A stretch of DNA of 64,000 bases from Candidatus Levyibacteriota bacterium (lineage in GTDB: Bacteria > Patescibacteriota > Microgenomatia > Levybacterales > UBA12049). Positions 9,280 through 18,944 of the stretch are shown here, piece after piece (the first letter of the stretch is position 1; every line of letters begins with the position of its first letter). A program made the translations under genes and the position numbers. The stretch lies in contig JBBRCK010000002.1 in NCBI GenBank assembly GCA_038205015.1, positions 33,913 to 97,912 of the forward strand. Direction: 5' to 3'. The notes beneath the pieces were generated by a model that saw only the letters and a list, made by a program, of their open reading frames with translations, was not told the origin of the DNA and ran no database searches.

Positions 9280-10038
9280 ATGAAAAATGCAAATATAAAT
9301 GTAATTATTCCCTCATATAACGAATCAAAAAATGTTCCAGCAGTAATTCGTGGTATTAGAAATGAGTTTCCGGAAGTAAGGATAATTTTTGTTGATGATT
9401 CAAATAAAGCAGAAAATAAAAAACTTAAAGATGTTATTTCAAAATTTGAAAATACAGATTTAATAACAAGAGGAAAGAAGCTTGGTAGGGGAAGTGCGGT
9501 AATGGATGGTTTTAAATTCGGATTAAAATATAAAAAGGCACAATATTTTTATGAAATGGACTCCGATTTAGCACATGAACCGACACATTTAAAAAGATTT
9601 TTGCAAAAAATTAAAGAGACTAATGCTGGCCTTGTTATAGGGTCACGCTATATGACAGGTGGAAGAGTTGTAGGTGTATCAATTTCCAGAAGAATTTTAA
9701 GCAGAATAATAAATAGATTTTTACGTATAATGTTAGGCTTTAAGCTAACTGACTACACAAGTGGTTATAGGCTTTATGGTAGAAGTGCTGTTGAGTTTCT
9801 TGTAAAATCTAAATTGAAATCAACCGGTTTCATTGCGCTTTCTGAAATATCCTATAAGCTTCATAAAAATAAATTTATGATCAAAGAAGTACCGGTAACC
9901 ATTTCTACTAGAAAATTTGGAAGGTCAACTATGGGTATAAAAGAATTGCTGAATTCACTAATATTTGTAATAAAAATGAAATTTGAGGAAGAAATACTAA
10001 ATATGTTTTATGCAAAACATTCTCATTACAAAAAATAG
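9280..10038 (+). CDS. GT2 polyprenyl-phosphate sugar synthase (DPM1/GtrB/CsbB-like), soluble form.
   Basis: 252 aa. Motifs IIPSYNESKN, FVDDSN, DSDLAHEP and GSRY..GG are GT2/DPM-like, and there is no C-terminal TM. About 50% identical to the paralog at 16852-17601. Confidence 0.75.
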   Translation: MKNANINVIIPSYNESKNVPAVIRGIRNEFPEVRIIFVDDSNKAENKKLKDVISKFENTDLITRGKKLGRGSAVMDGFKFGLKYKKAQYFYEMDSDLAHEPTHLKRFLQKIKETNAGLVIGSRYMTGGRVVGVSISRRILSRIINRFLRIMLGFKLTDYTSGYRLYGRSAVEFLVKSKLKSTGFIALSEISYKLHKNKFMIKEVPVTISTRKFGRSTMGIKELLNSLIFVIKMKFEEEILNMFYAKHSHYKK

Positions 10039-10055
10039 AAAGCTTATTTACTTGA

Positions 10056-10064
10056 TGTTATAAT
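10056..10064 (+). promoter_or_regulatory. Extended -10 promoter element (TGTTATAAT) upstream of the flippase gene.
   Basis: TGnTATAAT consensus lies 22 nt upstream of ATG 10086. Confidence 0.35.
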
Positions 10065-10085
10065 ATTCCAATTCAATTTTCGCCT

Positions 10086-11330
10086 ATGGGCTACTCAAAA
10101 AATTTTATAATTGGCATTTCATGGGTATCAATTCTTCGCATATCTGTAAAGCTGCTATCCTTAATAAAGATTATCGTTTTAGCAAGAATTTTATCTCAAT
10201 CTCAATTTGGAGCATTTTCTATCGCATTTATAGTTTATGGATTTTCGACAATTATCACCGAAACGGGCGTAAATACAGTATTAGTTCAGAATAATGAATC
10301 ATTAAGTAAATATATCAATACCGCATGGGTAATTACAATTACAAGGGGATTTGTAGTATTTATTTGTACACTTTTGTCTGCACCCTTAATTTCTCATTTT
10401 TTTAACATCCGTGAAGTTTATAGTTTGATAATTCTAATCAGTCTTGTGCCATTAATACAAGGGTTTATCAATCCAGCTGAAATATTATTTCAAAAAAACA
10501 TGTTATTCAAGAAAGAATTATCTTTTAGAATTATTATTAATATTCTGGAGGTAATTTTTACAATTATGTTTGTATATATTACAAAGAACGCAACAGGATT
10601 GGCATATGGATTAATCCTTGGTGCATTAATTGAAGTTTTTTTATCAATGTTCTATCTTAGTCCAAAGCCAAAATTTATCTTTAATAAAAAACATGCACGA
10701 ATGATAATACATAAAGGTAAATGGATTACATATGCTGGAATATTTAGTTATTTATATCAAAATATAGACAATCTAATTGTAGGTAAGTTCCTTGGAGCTT
10801 CGTCGTTGGGATTATACGACTTAATTTATAAAGTATCTATGATTCCGTTAAATGAAATAACAGATGTATTTGGAAGGGTAAGTTTTCCAATTTATATTAA
10901 AATTTCAAATGATGCAAGTAGACTTAAAAAAGCATTTTTAAAGTCCACAGTATTAATAATAATTATTATTTTTCCCGTATCTTTGGTTTGTTTTTTCTTT
11001 CCAAAAGAAGTACTCACTTTATTATTAGGAGAAAAATGGCAGGCTGGAAGTCAAATATTTCAAATTTTTGCTGGTTTTGGGATAATTAGAGCATTATCTA
11101 ATTCAACATCAGCATTTTTTATGGGTTTGGGAAAACAAAAATACGCAGCGATATTATCATTTATAAGTTTATTTACACTTTTAGTGATAATATTTATTGC
11201 AATTAACAATTATGGATTAGTAGGAGTGGCAGTATCTGTAATTACCTCGTCATTCATTGTTTTATTGTTATCATTATTTTTTGTTAGCAAAACACTATCC
11301 GGATTAAAGCTAAATAATGAAAAAATATAA
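10086..11330 (+). CDS. Polysaccharide/oligosaccharide flippase of the MOP (Wzx-like) family.
   Basis: 414 aa with about 12 TM helices. Typical polysaccharide-biosynthesis-protein architecture. Confidence 0.6.
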   Translation: MGYSKNFIIGISWVSILRISVKLLSLIKIIVLARILSQSQFGAFSIAFIVYGFSTIITETGVNTVLVQNNESLSKYINTAWVITITRGFVVFICTLLSAPLISHFFNIREVYSLIILISLVPLIQGFINPAEILFQKNMLFKKELSFRIIINILEVIFTIMFVYITKNATGLAYGLILGALIEVFLSMFYLSPKPKFIFNKKHARMIIHKGKWITYAGIFSYLYQNIDNLIVGKFLGASSLGLYDLIYKVSMIPLNEITDVFGRVSFPIYIKISNDASRLKKAFLKSTVLIIIIIFPVSLVCFFFPKEVLTLLLGEKWQAGSQIFQIFAGFGIIRALSNSTSAFFMGLGKQKYAAILSFISLFTLLVIIFIAINNYGLVGVAVSVITSSFIVLLLSLFFVSKTLSGLKLNNEKI

Positions 11331-12513
11331 TATAGGATTAATTTATGGAAATTTAAATAATGGTGGAGGAGCATATCAAATGCTTTCTTTAGCTAAAGAA
11401 TTGTCAAAGAAAAATAATGTTTTTGTTTTTGTTTATTCAGATTTGACAGAGGGAGCATACGAAAAACTAATAAATGATATTAAGTTTATTGTTATAAATA
11501 AAGAAAAAGTTAAACCTCAGTTTTGGATTTATAATTTATTAGAACCATTAATTATCTCAATTAAATTAAGCAGAGAGATTGGTAGTTATAATTTAGACGT
11601 TTTAAATCCTCATGAGTGGCCAGCTAGTTGGGCAGCTGTTATTGTGAAGATATTTAAAAAAATTCCAGTTGTTTGGATGTGTAATGACGTCTGGCATATG
11701 CCAGAACAGGATATTTATGAAAATAGAAGAAGAATGTTATTTATAAAAAAATATTTTTTCAGATTTATTGACTTATTGTTATTTTCATTTATCGATGAAA
11801 CAGTCGTTTTAGATAGTAGAATTAAAAAGATTATTAGTAAGTACTATAATAAAACTCCAATTGTAGTTAGAAGTGGTATTGATATAGATAGGTATAAAAA
11901 TAAATATATAATTAATATTGAAAAAAAACGCCTACATATTGACACAAATAAGATAGTATTTCTTTGTCAGTCAATTTTTTTTCCGCACCGCCGTTTTGAA
12001 GATGTAATTTTAGCAATTAAAATAATTCAATTCAAATATGGCAATTTAATTTTGTATATTATTGGATCAAGTAAGTATGACACCAGCTATTGCAGAAAAA
12101 TACAGGGGCTTATTGATGACAATAATCTACAAGGGTCAGTGATTATAGTTGATAAATTTCTTGATGATAATCACATGTTAAATTTTTTAAAAGCGTGTGA
12201 TGTATTCGTTTATCCAAATTTTAATCAAACTTGGGGACTCATCGCAATTGAGGCAATGGCATTAGGTAAACCATGTATTATTTCAAACAAATCAGGTGTT
12301 CATGAAGTCATTAAAGATTTTAATAATGGCCTTATATTTAAAAGTAAAAACGTTAACGATTTAGCAAATAAGATGGAAACATTAATCAAGAATAAAAACC
12401 TTAGAACATTAATAGGAAATAATGCTAGAGATTATGTATTTTCAAATTTATCTTGGGAAAATTATTCAAATTCAATGTTAAGAATATTTCATAAAGTTGT
12501 TTTAAACTTATAG
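11317..12513 (+). CDS. Glycosyltransferase family 4 (GT-B fold).
   Basis: 398 aa. C-terminal EAMALGKPCIISNKSGVHEVI...NGLIF is the Glycos_transf_1 signature. Confidence 0.7.
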   Translation: MKKYNIGLIYGNLNNGGGAYQMLSLAKELSKKNNVFVFVYSDLTEGAYEKLINDIKFIVINKEKVKPQFWIYNLLEPLIISIKLSREIGSYNLDVLNPHEWPASWAAVIVKIFKKIPVVWMCNDVWHMPEQDIYENRRRMLFIKKYFFRFIDLLLFSFIDETVVLDSRIKKIISKYYNKTPIVVRSGIDIDRYKNKYIINIEKKRLHIDTNKIVFLCQSIFFPHRRFEDVILAIKIIQFKYGNLILYIIGSSKYDTSYCRKIQGLIDDNNLQGSVIIVDKFLDDNHMLNFLKACDVFVYPNFNQTWGLIAIEAMALGKPCIISNKSGVHEVIKDFNNGLIFKSKNVNDLANKMETLIKNKNLRTLIGNNARDYVFSNLSWENYSNSMLRIFHKVVLNL

Positions 12514-12542
12514 TTCCACTATATTTTCGTCTATTCTAGTAG

Positions 12543-12548
12543 TATAAT
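12543..12548 (+). promoter_or_regulatory. -10 box TATAAT, 10 nt upstream of the epimerase start codon.
   Basis: Sequence agTATAATcgttaagtttATG. Confidence 0.3.
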
Positions 12549-12558
12549 CGTTAAGTTT

Positions 12559-13581
12559 ATGAGAAGAATTTTAATAACTGGTGGAGCAGGTTTTATTGGA
12601 ACAAATGCGACTGCATATTTTTTAAAAAAAAATAATCAAGTAACTATATTTGATAATTTCTCAAGAGAGGGTAGTAAAAAAAATATTATTTTTCTGCGTA
12701 AGAATTTTAAGAAAAATTTTAAAATTGTAAAAGGTGATGTTAGAATATTTAATAAAAAACTAATTAATTTAATAAACGCATCAGATGTGGTAATTCATCT
12801 TGCTGGTCAAGTTGCAGTTACGACGTCTGTAATAGATCCAATAACGGATTTTGATATTAATGTTAGGGGAACAATAAATATTCTTGAAGCGATAAGATTA
12901 GTAAAAAAGAAACCCATATTAATCTATAGTTCAACAAATAAAGTATATGGTGATTTGTCTAATTATGAAATTGTTGAATCTGAAGAAAGATATAGATTTA
13001 AAAATTTACCTAATGGTGTTTCTGAGCAAACAAATTTAGACTTTTATTCACCTTATGGATGTAGCAAAGGTTCAGCAGATCAGTATGTACATGACTATGC
13101 AAGGATTTATAGATTAAATACAATTGTTTTTAGACAATCGTGTATTTATGGGCCTCATCAGTTTGGAATTGAAGACCAAGGTTGGCTTGCTTGGTTTATG
13201 ATTGCAGTTGTAAAAAAATTACCTATTACAATTTATGGTAATGGTAAGCAAGTAAGAGATGCATTATTTGTAGACGATTTAATACGTGCTTATGATTTAG
13301 CAATCAAAAATATTAAAAAAACCAAGGGACAAGTTTATAATATAGGAGGCGGAAGTAAGAATACAATTTCTGTTTGGAAAGAATTTTGTCCTAAATTAAA
13401 TGAGTTGTTTAATACAAATGTAAAATTTAAGTACAGCAAGCAAAGACCGGGTGATCAGCCAATATATATTTCTGATATTAGAAAAGCCTATAAAGATTTT
13501 TACTGGAAGCCTCAAGTCACTTTGAACGATGGGTTAAAGCAACTTGCACAATGGATTAGTAATAATAAGGAAAGCTTCTAG
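12559..13581 (+). CDS. NAD-dependent sugar epimerase, CDP-paratose 2-epimerase (tyvelose epimerase)-like.
   Basis: 340 aa SDR. Motifs GGAGFIG, HLAGQVAVTTSVIDP, YSSTNKVYGDL, YSPYGCSKGSADQYV, DQGW and GNGKQVRD match the CDP-tyvelose-2-epimerase subfamily as recalled from memory. Confidence 0.6.
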   Translation: MRRILITGGAGFIGTNATAYFLKKNNQVTIFDNFSREGSKKNIIFLRKNFKKNFKIVKGDVRIFNKKLINLINASDVVIHLAGQVAVTTSVIDPITDFDINVRGTINILEAIRLVKKKPILIYSSTNKVYGDLSNYEIVESEERYRFKNLPNGVSEQTNLDFYSPYGCSKGSADQYVHDYARIYRLNTIVFRQSCIYGPHQFGIEDQGWLAWFMIAVVKKLPITIYGNGKQVRDALFVDDLIRAYDLAIKNIKKTKGQVYNIGGGSKNTISVWKEFCPKLNELFNTNVKFKYSKQRPGDQPIYISDIRKAYKDFYWKPQVTLNDGLKQLAQWISNNKESF

Positions 13582-14685
13582 ATGAAAATTGCTTTTTTTC
13601 ATGAATTACATGCAGGGGGAGCAAGAAGAGCCTCAAATGAATTTGCAAAACAGCTTAGAAAAAACCATACAGTAGATTTATACATCACTGATGAAGGTCT
13701 TAATTCTAAAGAAAAAAATTTTTATGATAGAATTTTCTTCTTCAAATTTCTGCCTATAAAATGGAATGGTAATGATTGGAGGGGTAAGCTTTATAAAGAT
13801 ACTTATGAGCTGTATAAACTTTACAAATTACATAAAAATATAGCTAAAGTTATAGATAAAAAAAAATACGACATTGTTTTTGTTCAGCCATCAAAATTAA
13901 CTCAGGCACCTTTTATTCTCAGGTTTTTAAAAAGTAAAAATATGTATTATTGTCAGGAAAGCTTAAGAATAGTATACGATAAATCATTCAGAATTAATAA
14001 ACAACTGCCAAAATATAAATACATTTATGAAAGTGTAAATAGATTTATAAGAAAAATAATTGATAAAAAAAATATAAAATCGGCAAATCAAGTATTGGTG
14101 AATTCAAATTTTACAAAAAGAAATATATTTAGTGCATATAACATTTCCTCAAAAGTTTGTTATATGGGAGTAGATACAAATATATTTAAGCCCTCTAAAA
14201 TTAAAAAAACGAATGACATTTTATATATTGGAGCATATGCCTATTCAGACGGATATACTGACTTGAAAAAAATATTATCAAAAAATACTCAAAAATATAA
14301 AGTATTAATTTTAGCCCAAGAAAGAAAATGGATAGATAACGATTTATTGCTTAGAAGTCTCTACAGTCAATCAAAAATTGCATTAGCATTGTCTCATAAT
14401 GAACCTTTCGGTTTAATACCACTTGAGGCTATGGCTTGTGGTGTGCCTATAATAGCAATTAATGAGGGAGGATATAAAGAGTCAGTAGTAAATGGTAAAA
14501 CAGGTTTCTTGGTTTCAAGAAATACAGTCCTTTTACAAAAAAAAATTAATTATCTGCTTAAGAATAAAAAAATTTTAGAAAAATTTAGTTATGAATCAAG
14601 GAGTCATATTTTACAAAATTGGACGTGGGAAAAGAATACTAGAATACTTGAGAAAATTATTATAAAAAGAGTGTTAGAAGATTAG
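13582..14685 (+). CDS. Glycosyltransferase family 4 (GT-B fold).
   Basis: 367 aa. EPFGLIPLEAMACGVPIIAINEGGYKESVVNGKTGFLV is the Glycos_transf_1 signature. Confidence 0.65.
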   Translation: MKIAFFHELHAGGARRASNEFAKQLRKNHTVDLYITDEGLNSKEKNFYDRIFFFKFLPIKWNGNDWRGKLYKDTYELYKLYKLHKNIAKVIDKKKYDIVFVQPSKLTQAPFILRFLKSKNMYYCQESLRIVYDKSFRINKQLPKYKYIYESVNRFIRKIIDKKNIKSANQVLVNSNFTKRNIFSAYNISSKVCYMGVDTNIFKPSKIKKTNDILYIGAYAYSDGYTDLKKILSKNTQKYKVLILAQERKWIDNDLLLRSLYSQSKIALALSHNEPFGLIPLEAMACGVPIIAINEGGYKESVVNGKTGFLVSRNTVLLQKKINYLLKNKKILEKFSYESRSHILQNWTWEKNTRILEKIIIKRVLED

Positions 14686-14702
14686 TCAGTTATATTTTTA
14701 AT

Positions 14703-16874
14703 ATGATTTCAATAATTATTGTTAATTATAAAGTTGAGAAGGAATTATATAAATGCATAGAGTCAATTTATGATTCAAAACAAAACATAAGTTTTGAGAT
14801 AATTGTTGTAGATAACGATAAAACTAGAACTATCGAAAAAAAACTTAAGAAGAGATTTCCTAAGGTAATTTATGTTTTTAGCAAAAAGAACATTGGCTAT
14901 GGTGCAGGAAATAATTTAGGTCAAGAATATGCAAAAGGAGAATATTTATTCTTTTTAAATCCAGATACTTATGTTAAATCATTAAATCTTAAAGAACTTC
15001 TTGACGATTTTAAATTCAAAAATGCAGGCATTATTGCCCCAACACTTATTATTAATGGCAAAGAGTCATTAGAGCAGGGGTCTATTGCGCTTACGCCATT
15101 AGTTGCCATATTTAAATTATCGTTTATAGATAAACTATATCCTAATAATCCTATTTCAAAAGAATTTTGGGTAAAAAATCATAAAAATAAATTAAAACAG
15201 GTAGACGTTGTTCCTGGAACAGCATTGATTATTTCTAAAGAATTATTTTTGAAGATTGGAAAATTTGACGAAAGATTTTTCTTATACTTTGAAGAATATG
15301 ATCTTTGTAGAAGAGTAAGAAAGCTTGGGTATAATATTTTTATAGATTCAGATTCTAAAATCGTTCACGAATGGGGGAAAAGTACGAGTAAGCTTGAAAA
15401 TATAGACAAAATTTTTAACTCAAGTAGATATTTATATTTTAGAAAACATTTCGGATTAATAAAAACGTTACTTGTTGAATTTTTCTTAAGAATTAATAAG
15501 GTTTCTATTTTTATTACTTTCCTTTTAGCAACAGCACTATTTTTGAGGATATACAATCTTTCTATCAGCATGCCTTTTATAGGTGACCAAGGATGGTTCT
15601 ATTTATCCGCTAGAGATATGTTACTAACAGGTAAAATTCCCTTAGTAGGAATTACCTCAAGTCATACATGGCTTCATCAGGGGCCATTGTGGACTTATAT
15701 TTTGTCTGCAGGCTTGTATTTATCCAATTTTAATCCATTTTCTGGTGGTTATATAACAGCTCTCTTTGGGGTTGGAACAGTTTATCTAATGTACAAAATG
15801 GGATCGAATATATTTTCAAGAAGAGTCGGGTTAATATCTGCTTTTTTATATACAACCTCTCCGTTGGTAATAATTTTTGATCGTCAGGCTTTTGATCCAA
15901 GTCTAATGCCATTTTTTACTGTTTTGTACTTTTTTTCATTGGTAAAATTAATAAGAGGAGAAAGGAGATATTTACCTTTGTCGATATTTATTTTAGTTAT
16001 TTTATATAACTTAGAACTTGCCTCATTTACCCTTATTATCCCATTTTTGTTAGTTTTATTTTTTCTATTTAAATTTAAAACAGGATACCTAAAAACATTA
16101 TTTAGTAAAAATTTAATATTACTATCTATTTTTGCATTCTTAATTCCCATGACCCCAATTTTAATATATGATTTCTCAAACGGTTTTAAACAAACTCTAG
16201 TGTTTGCTATATGGATTGGATATAAATTTTTAGGATTATTTTTTTCAAACCATTCCGGAGGGATCAGCTTATTAGATATTTATAGATTTATTACAAACAA
16301 ACTTCAGATTTTAATTTTTGCTGAAAATTATTTGTTTGCTAATTTACTATTTGTATTTTCTATTCTATATTTAATTTTTAATAGTTTAAAGAATAAATCT
16401 AATTTTTTAAATTCTAAATTTATATTATTATTGTTTATTCTTACCACACTTGCCGGAGTTATAGTTAATAAAACACCTTCAGATGCTTATTTACCAATTT
16501 CATTCCCTTTTATTATTTTCGCAATAGCAATCTTATTCGATCATTTATATAACAACAAATATTTAAAGTACTTTTCCATTTTTGTCTTATTTGTCATATT
16601 TACTTATAATTTTAACTTTATATATAAACAATCGTTTGCGCCTGAGATTCAGAAAAGGCAAATAGCAGTGCAAAAGATTATTGCTTTAACAAATGGTAGT
16701 AAATATAATTTATCAGGTAAAGGAATGAATAGTCAGTTCGAAAGTTTTACGATGAATTATGAATATCTATTGTGGTGGAAAGGTCATCAACCAAGCAAGG
16801 TGCCGCAGAAAATGCAAATTGTTATAAGCGAAGAATCAGGTGGCATAATGATTGATAAATATGAAACAAAATAA
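14703..16874 (+). CDS. Fusion protein: N-terminal GT2 (rhamnosyl/glycosyl transferase-like) joined to a C-terminal GT-C-like polytopic membrane domain.
   Basis: 723 aa. N-terminus ISIIIVNYK...IIVVDNDK...NIGYGAGNN...FFLNPDT is GT2. From about aa 255 there are roughly 12 TM helices with the loop motif GDQGWFYLSARDM. Confidence 0.6.
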   Translation: MISIIIVNYKVEKELYKCIESIYDSKQNISFEIIVVDNDKTRTIEKKLKKRFPKVIYVFSKKNIGYGAGNNLGQEYAKGEYLFFLNPDTYVKSLNLKELLDDFKFKNAGIIAPTLIINGKESLEQGSIALTPLVAIFKLSFIDKLYPNNPISKEFWVKNHKNKLKQVDVVPGTALIISKELFLKIGKFDERFFLYFEEYDLCRRVRKLGYNIFIDSDSKIVHEWGKSTSKLENIDKIFNSSRYLYFRKHFGLIKTLLVEFFLRINKVSIFITFLLATALFLRIYNLSISMPFIGDQGWFYLSARDMLLTGKIPLVGITSSHTWLHQGPLWTYILSAGLYLSNFNPFSGGYITALFGVGTVYLMYKMGSNIFSRRVGLISAFLYTTSPLVIIFDRQAFDPSLMPFFTVLYFFSLVKLIRGERRYLPLSIFILVILYNLELASFTLIIPFLLVLFFLFKFKTGYLKTLFSKNLILLSIFAFLIPMTPILIYDFSNGFKQTLVFAIWIGYKFLGLFFSNHSGGISLLDIYRFITNKLQILIFAENYLFANLLFVFSILYLIFNSLKNKSNFLNSKFILLLFILTTLAGVIVNKTPSDAYLPISFPFIIFAIAILFDHLYNNKYLKYFSIFVLFVIFTYNFNFIYKQSFAPEIQKRQIAVQKIIALTNGSKYNLSGKGMNSQFESFTMNYEYLLWWKGHQPSKVPQKMQIVISEESGGIMIDKYETK

Positions 16875-17601
16875 GCATAATATTTTAGGCAATGACTTTG
16901 TTGTAGTTTTTCCCTCATTTATTGAAGTTGAGAATGTCTCTATTTTGGTAAAAAGAATTAGAGCAGCTTTGCCAAAATCGAAAATAATTATCGTTGATGA
17001 TTCACCAAGGAAAGAAAATGAAGTAATCAAACGCAGCGTTAAACAATTTACAAATATACAGTTTATTTCAAGACTAAAAAAGCTAGGAAGAGGGAGCGCA
17101 ATAATTGAAGGTCTTAAGCTTGGTTTGAAAGATAAGACAAATAAATATTTCTTCGAAATGGATTCGGATCTTGCTCAGAATCCCAAGGAATTTATTAGGT
17201 TTATAAAAAAAATGAATGAAGAAAACGTAGACTTGGTAGTTGGATCACGTTATATTCGAGGCGGTAGAACAATTGGCGTTACTAAATCTAGGATAATATT
17301 AAGTAGGATTATAAATAAATTTCTATATCTATTATTGGGAGTTAAGCTTACAGACTATACTGATGGTTTTAGATTATACAACCGAAGATCAGTAGAACTC
17401 ATAGCCAAAGAGGATATAAAATCTACGGGATTTATTACTTTAACTGAGACAGTTTATAAATTAAACAGGAAAGGTATTAAAATGGCTGAGGTGCCGGTTA
17501 CAATTTATAGCAGAAGATACGGTATCTCTACTCGTGATTTTAATGAATTATTCCAATCTTTGCTATTTGTTCTTAAAATGAGGTTTGAATATTCTAGCTA
17601 G
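16852..17601 (+). CDS. GT2 polyprenyl-phosphate sugar synthase (DPM1/GtrB/CsbB-like), paralog of 9280-10038.
   Basis: 249 aa. Motifs IVDDSP, KKLGRGSAIIEGL, EMDSDLAQNP and GSRYIRGG. Its start overlaps the 3' end of the upstream fusion gene by 23 nt. Confidence 0.75.
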   Translation: MINMKQNKHNILGNDFVVVFPSFIEVENVSILVKRIRAALPKSKIIIVDDSPRKENEVIKRSVKQFTNIQFISRLKKLGRGSAIIEGLKLGLKDKTNKYFFEMDSDLAQNPKEFIRFIKKMNEENVDLVVGSRYIRGGRTIGVTKSRIILSRIINKFLYLLLGVKLTDYTDGFRLYNRRSVELIAKEDIKSTGFITLTETVYKLNRKGIKMAEVPVTIYSRRYGISTRDFNELFQSLLFVLKMRFEYSS

Positions 17602-17602
17602 G

Positions 17603-18847
17603 TTACCTAATATAGGGTGTTGGTATCGGAATTATAAATTTCCCCCCGTTCTTTATAAACTCTTTTTCTTTTTGAATTATTTTTTCTGCGTAATTCCAAA
17701 CAAGTAACAGATAATAATCAGGCTTTTCTCCTCTTTTTATTTCCTCTTCTTGAGAAATAACCTCAATATGCTTTCCCGGACTATATAAACCGTATTTGTA
17801 AGGTGTTTTGTCAACAATATAATCAAGATAGTTAGTTCCGATATTGCAATAATTAAGTAAGGTATTTGATTTGGCAGATGCACCGTACCCAGCTATTTTT
17901 TTATTTTGGCTTTTAAGATCTTTTAACAGTTGGACAAGTTTTATTTTAATATAATTAACTCTAGCTTGAAATCCAAGATAAGTATTTATATTTGTTATAC
18001 CCATATGAATTTCATTTTCAATTGCATTTAAAAGTCTATTTTCAATTTTTTGTTTACCTTTATGAGCGACAAATAATCTTATAGAGCCGCCTTGAGTATT
18101 ATGTTCCTCCACGTCAAATGCTTCCAAATCAAATTGTTCTAACAGTTTAAGCAGGGGATAAAGTGAAAAAAAAGATTGGTGCTCATGATAAATGTTATCG
18201 AATTGATTATTAAATAATAGATACGGAAAATATTGACACTCAAAGATAAAAACACCATTTTCGTCAAGTAAATACTTAATTCCGGATATAAAATCATATA
18301 AATCATTAACATGAGCAATAACGTTATTTGCAATAATTATTCCTGCTTTGCCGGCATTTGTTACCACATCATTGGCAGACCGTTTATTAAAAAAATCGTT
18401 AATTGTCGGTATGCCATTAGCATTAGCCGCATCGGTAACATTTTTTGCAGGATCAATCCCTAAGGCCTTATAGCCTTTAGTGATAAATGGTTTTAGCAGT
18501 GTGCCATCATTACTGGCTACCTCGACAACAAATTGTTTAGATTGTTTTGGAAACCTCTGCATAACAGCCTCCGCGTATGCCTCAAAATATCCAATTGATG
18601 CAGGAGATCCTCCAGTATAGAATGCATAATCTTGCCCGAACAAAAGCTTAGGATTTACTTCATCAACGAGTTGAACTAAAAAACATTTTGGACAAACTTT
18701 TACATCTAAAGGAAATTTGTGTTCCTTGTCTTTTACGTTTTTAACAAATAAATCTGCGAGAGGAGTTTTATCAAGGGTTATAAAATTAAATAGTTTTTTA
18801 TGTTTGCAAATCCTGCAAGTGGTTCTAATACTTACTAAACTATTCAT
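17603..18847 (-). CDS. NDP-hexose C-methyltransferase (TylCIII-like) with an N-terminal zinc-ribbon, a class I SAM MTase domain and a C-methyltransferase C-terminal domain.
   Basis: 414 aa. N-terminal CRIC...CPKC zinc finger, then SAM-binding VVEVASNDGTLL. The C-terminal domain matches the sugar C-methyltransferase family. It is the only minus-strand gene inside the plus-strand cluster. Confidence 0.65.
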   Translation of the reverse strand: MNSLVSIRTTCRICKHKKLFNFITLDKTPLADLFVKNVKDKEHKFPLDVKVCPKCFLVQLVDEVNPKLLFGQDYAFYTGGSPASIGYFEAYAEAVMQRFPKQSKQFVVEVASNDGTLLKPFITKGYKALGIDPAKNVTDAANANGIPTINDFFNKRSANDVVTNAGKAGIIIANNVIAHVNDLYDFISGIKYLLDENGVFIFECQYFPYLLFNNQFDNIYHEHQSFFSLYPLLKLLEQFDLEAFDVEEHNTQGGSIRLFVAHKGKQKIENRLLNAIENEIHMGITNINTYLGFQARVNYIKIKLVQLLKDLKSQNKKIAGYGASAKSNTLLNYCNIGTNYLDYIVDKTPYKYGLYSPGKHIEVISQEEEIKRGEKPDYYLLLVWNYAEKIIQKEKEFIKNGGKFIIPIPTPYIR

Positions 18848-18931
18848 ACGTTCTGGCAGGTAGGTTATTATAAATTATACACAAGGTTATTATCAATAGC
18901 AGGGTTTATTTGTTTATAAAATATTTTAAAG

Positions 18932-18937
18932 TATAAT
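18932..18937 (+). promoter_or_regulatory. -10 box TATAAT, 7 nt upstream of start codon 18945 (leaderless-type).
   Basis: Sequence aagTATAATattacccATG. Confidence 0.3.
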
Positions 18938-18944
18938 ATTACCC

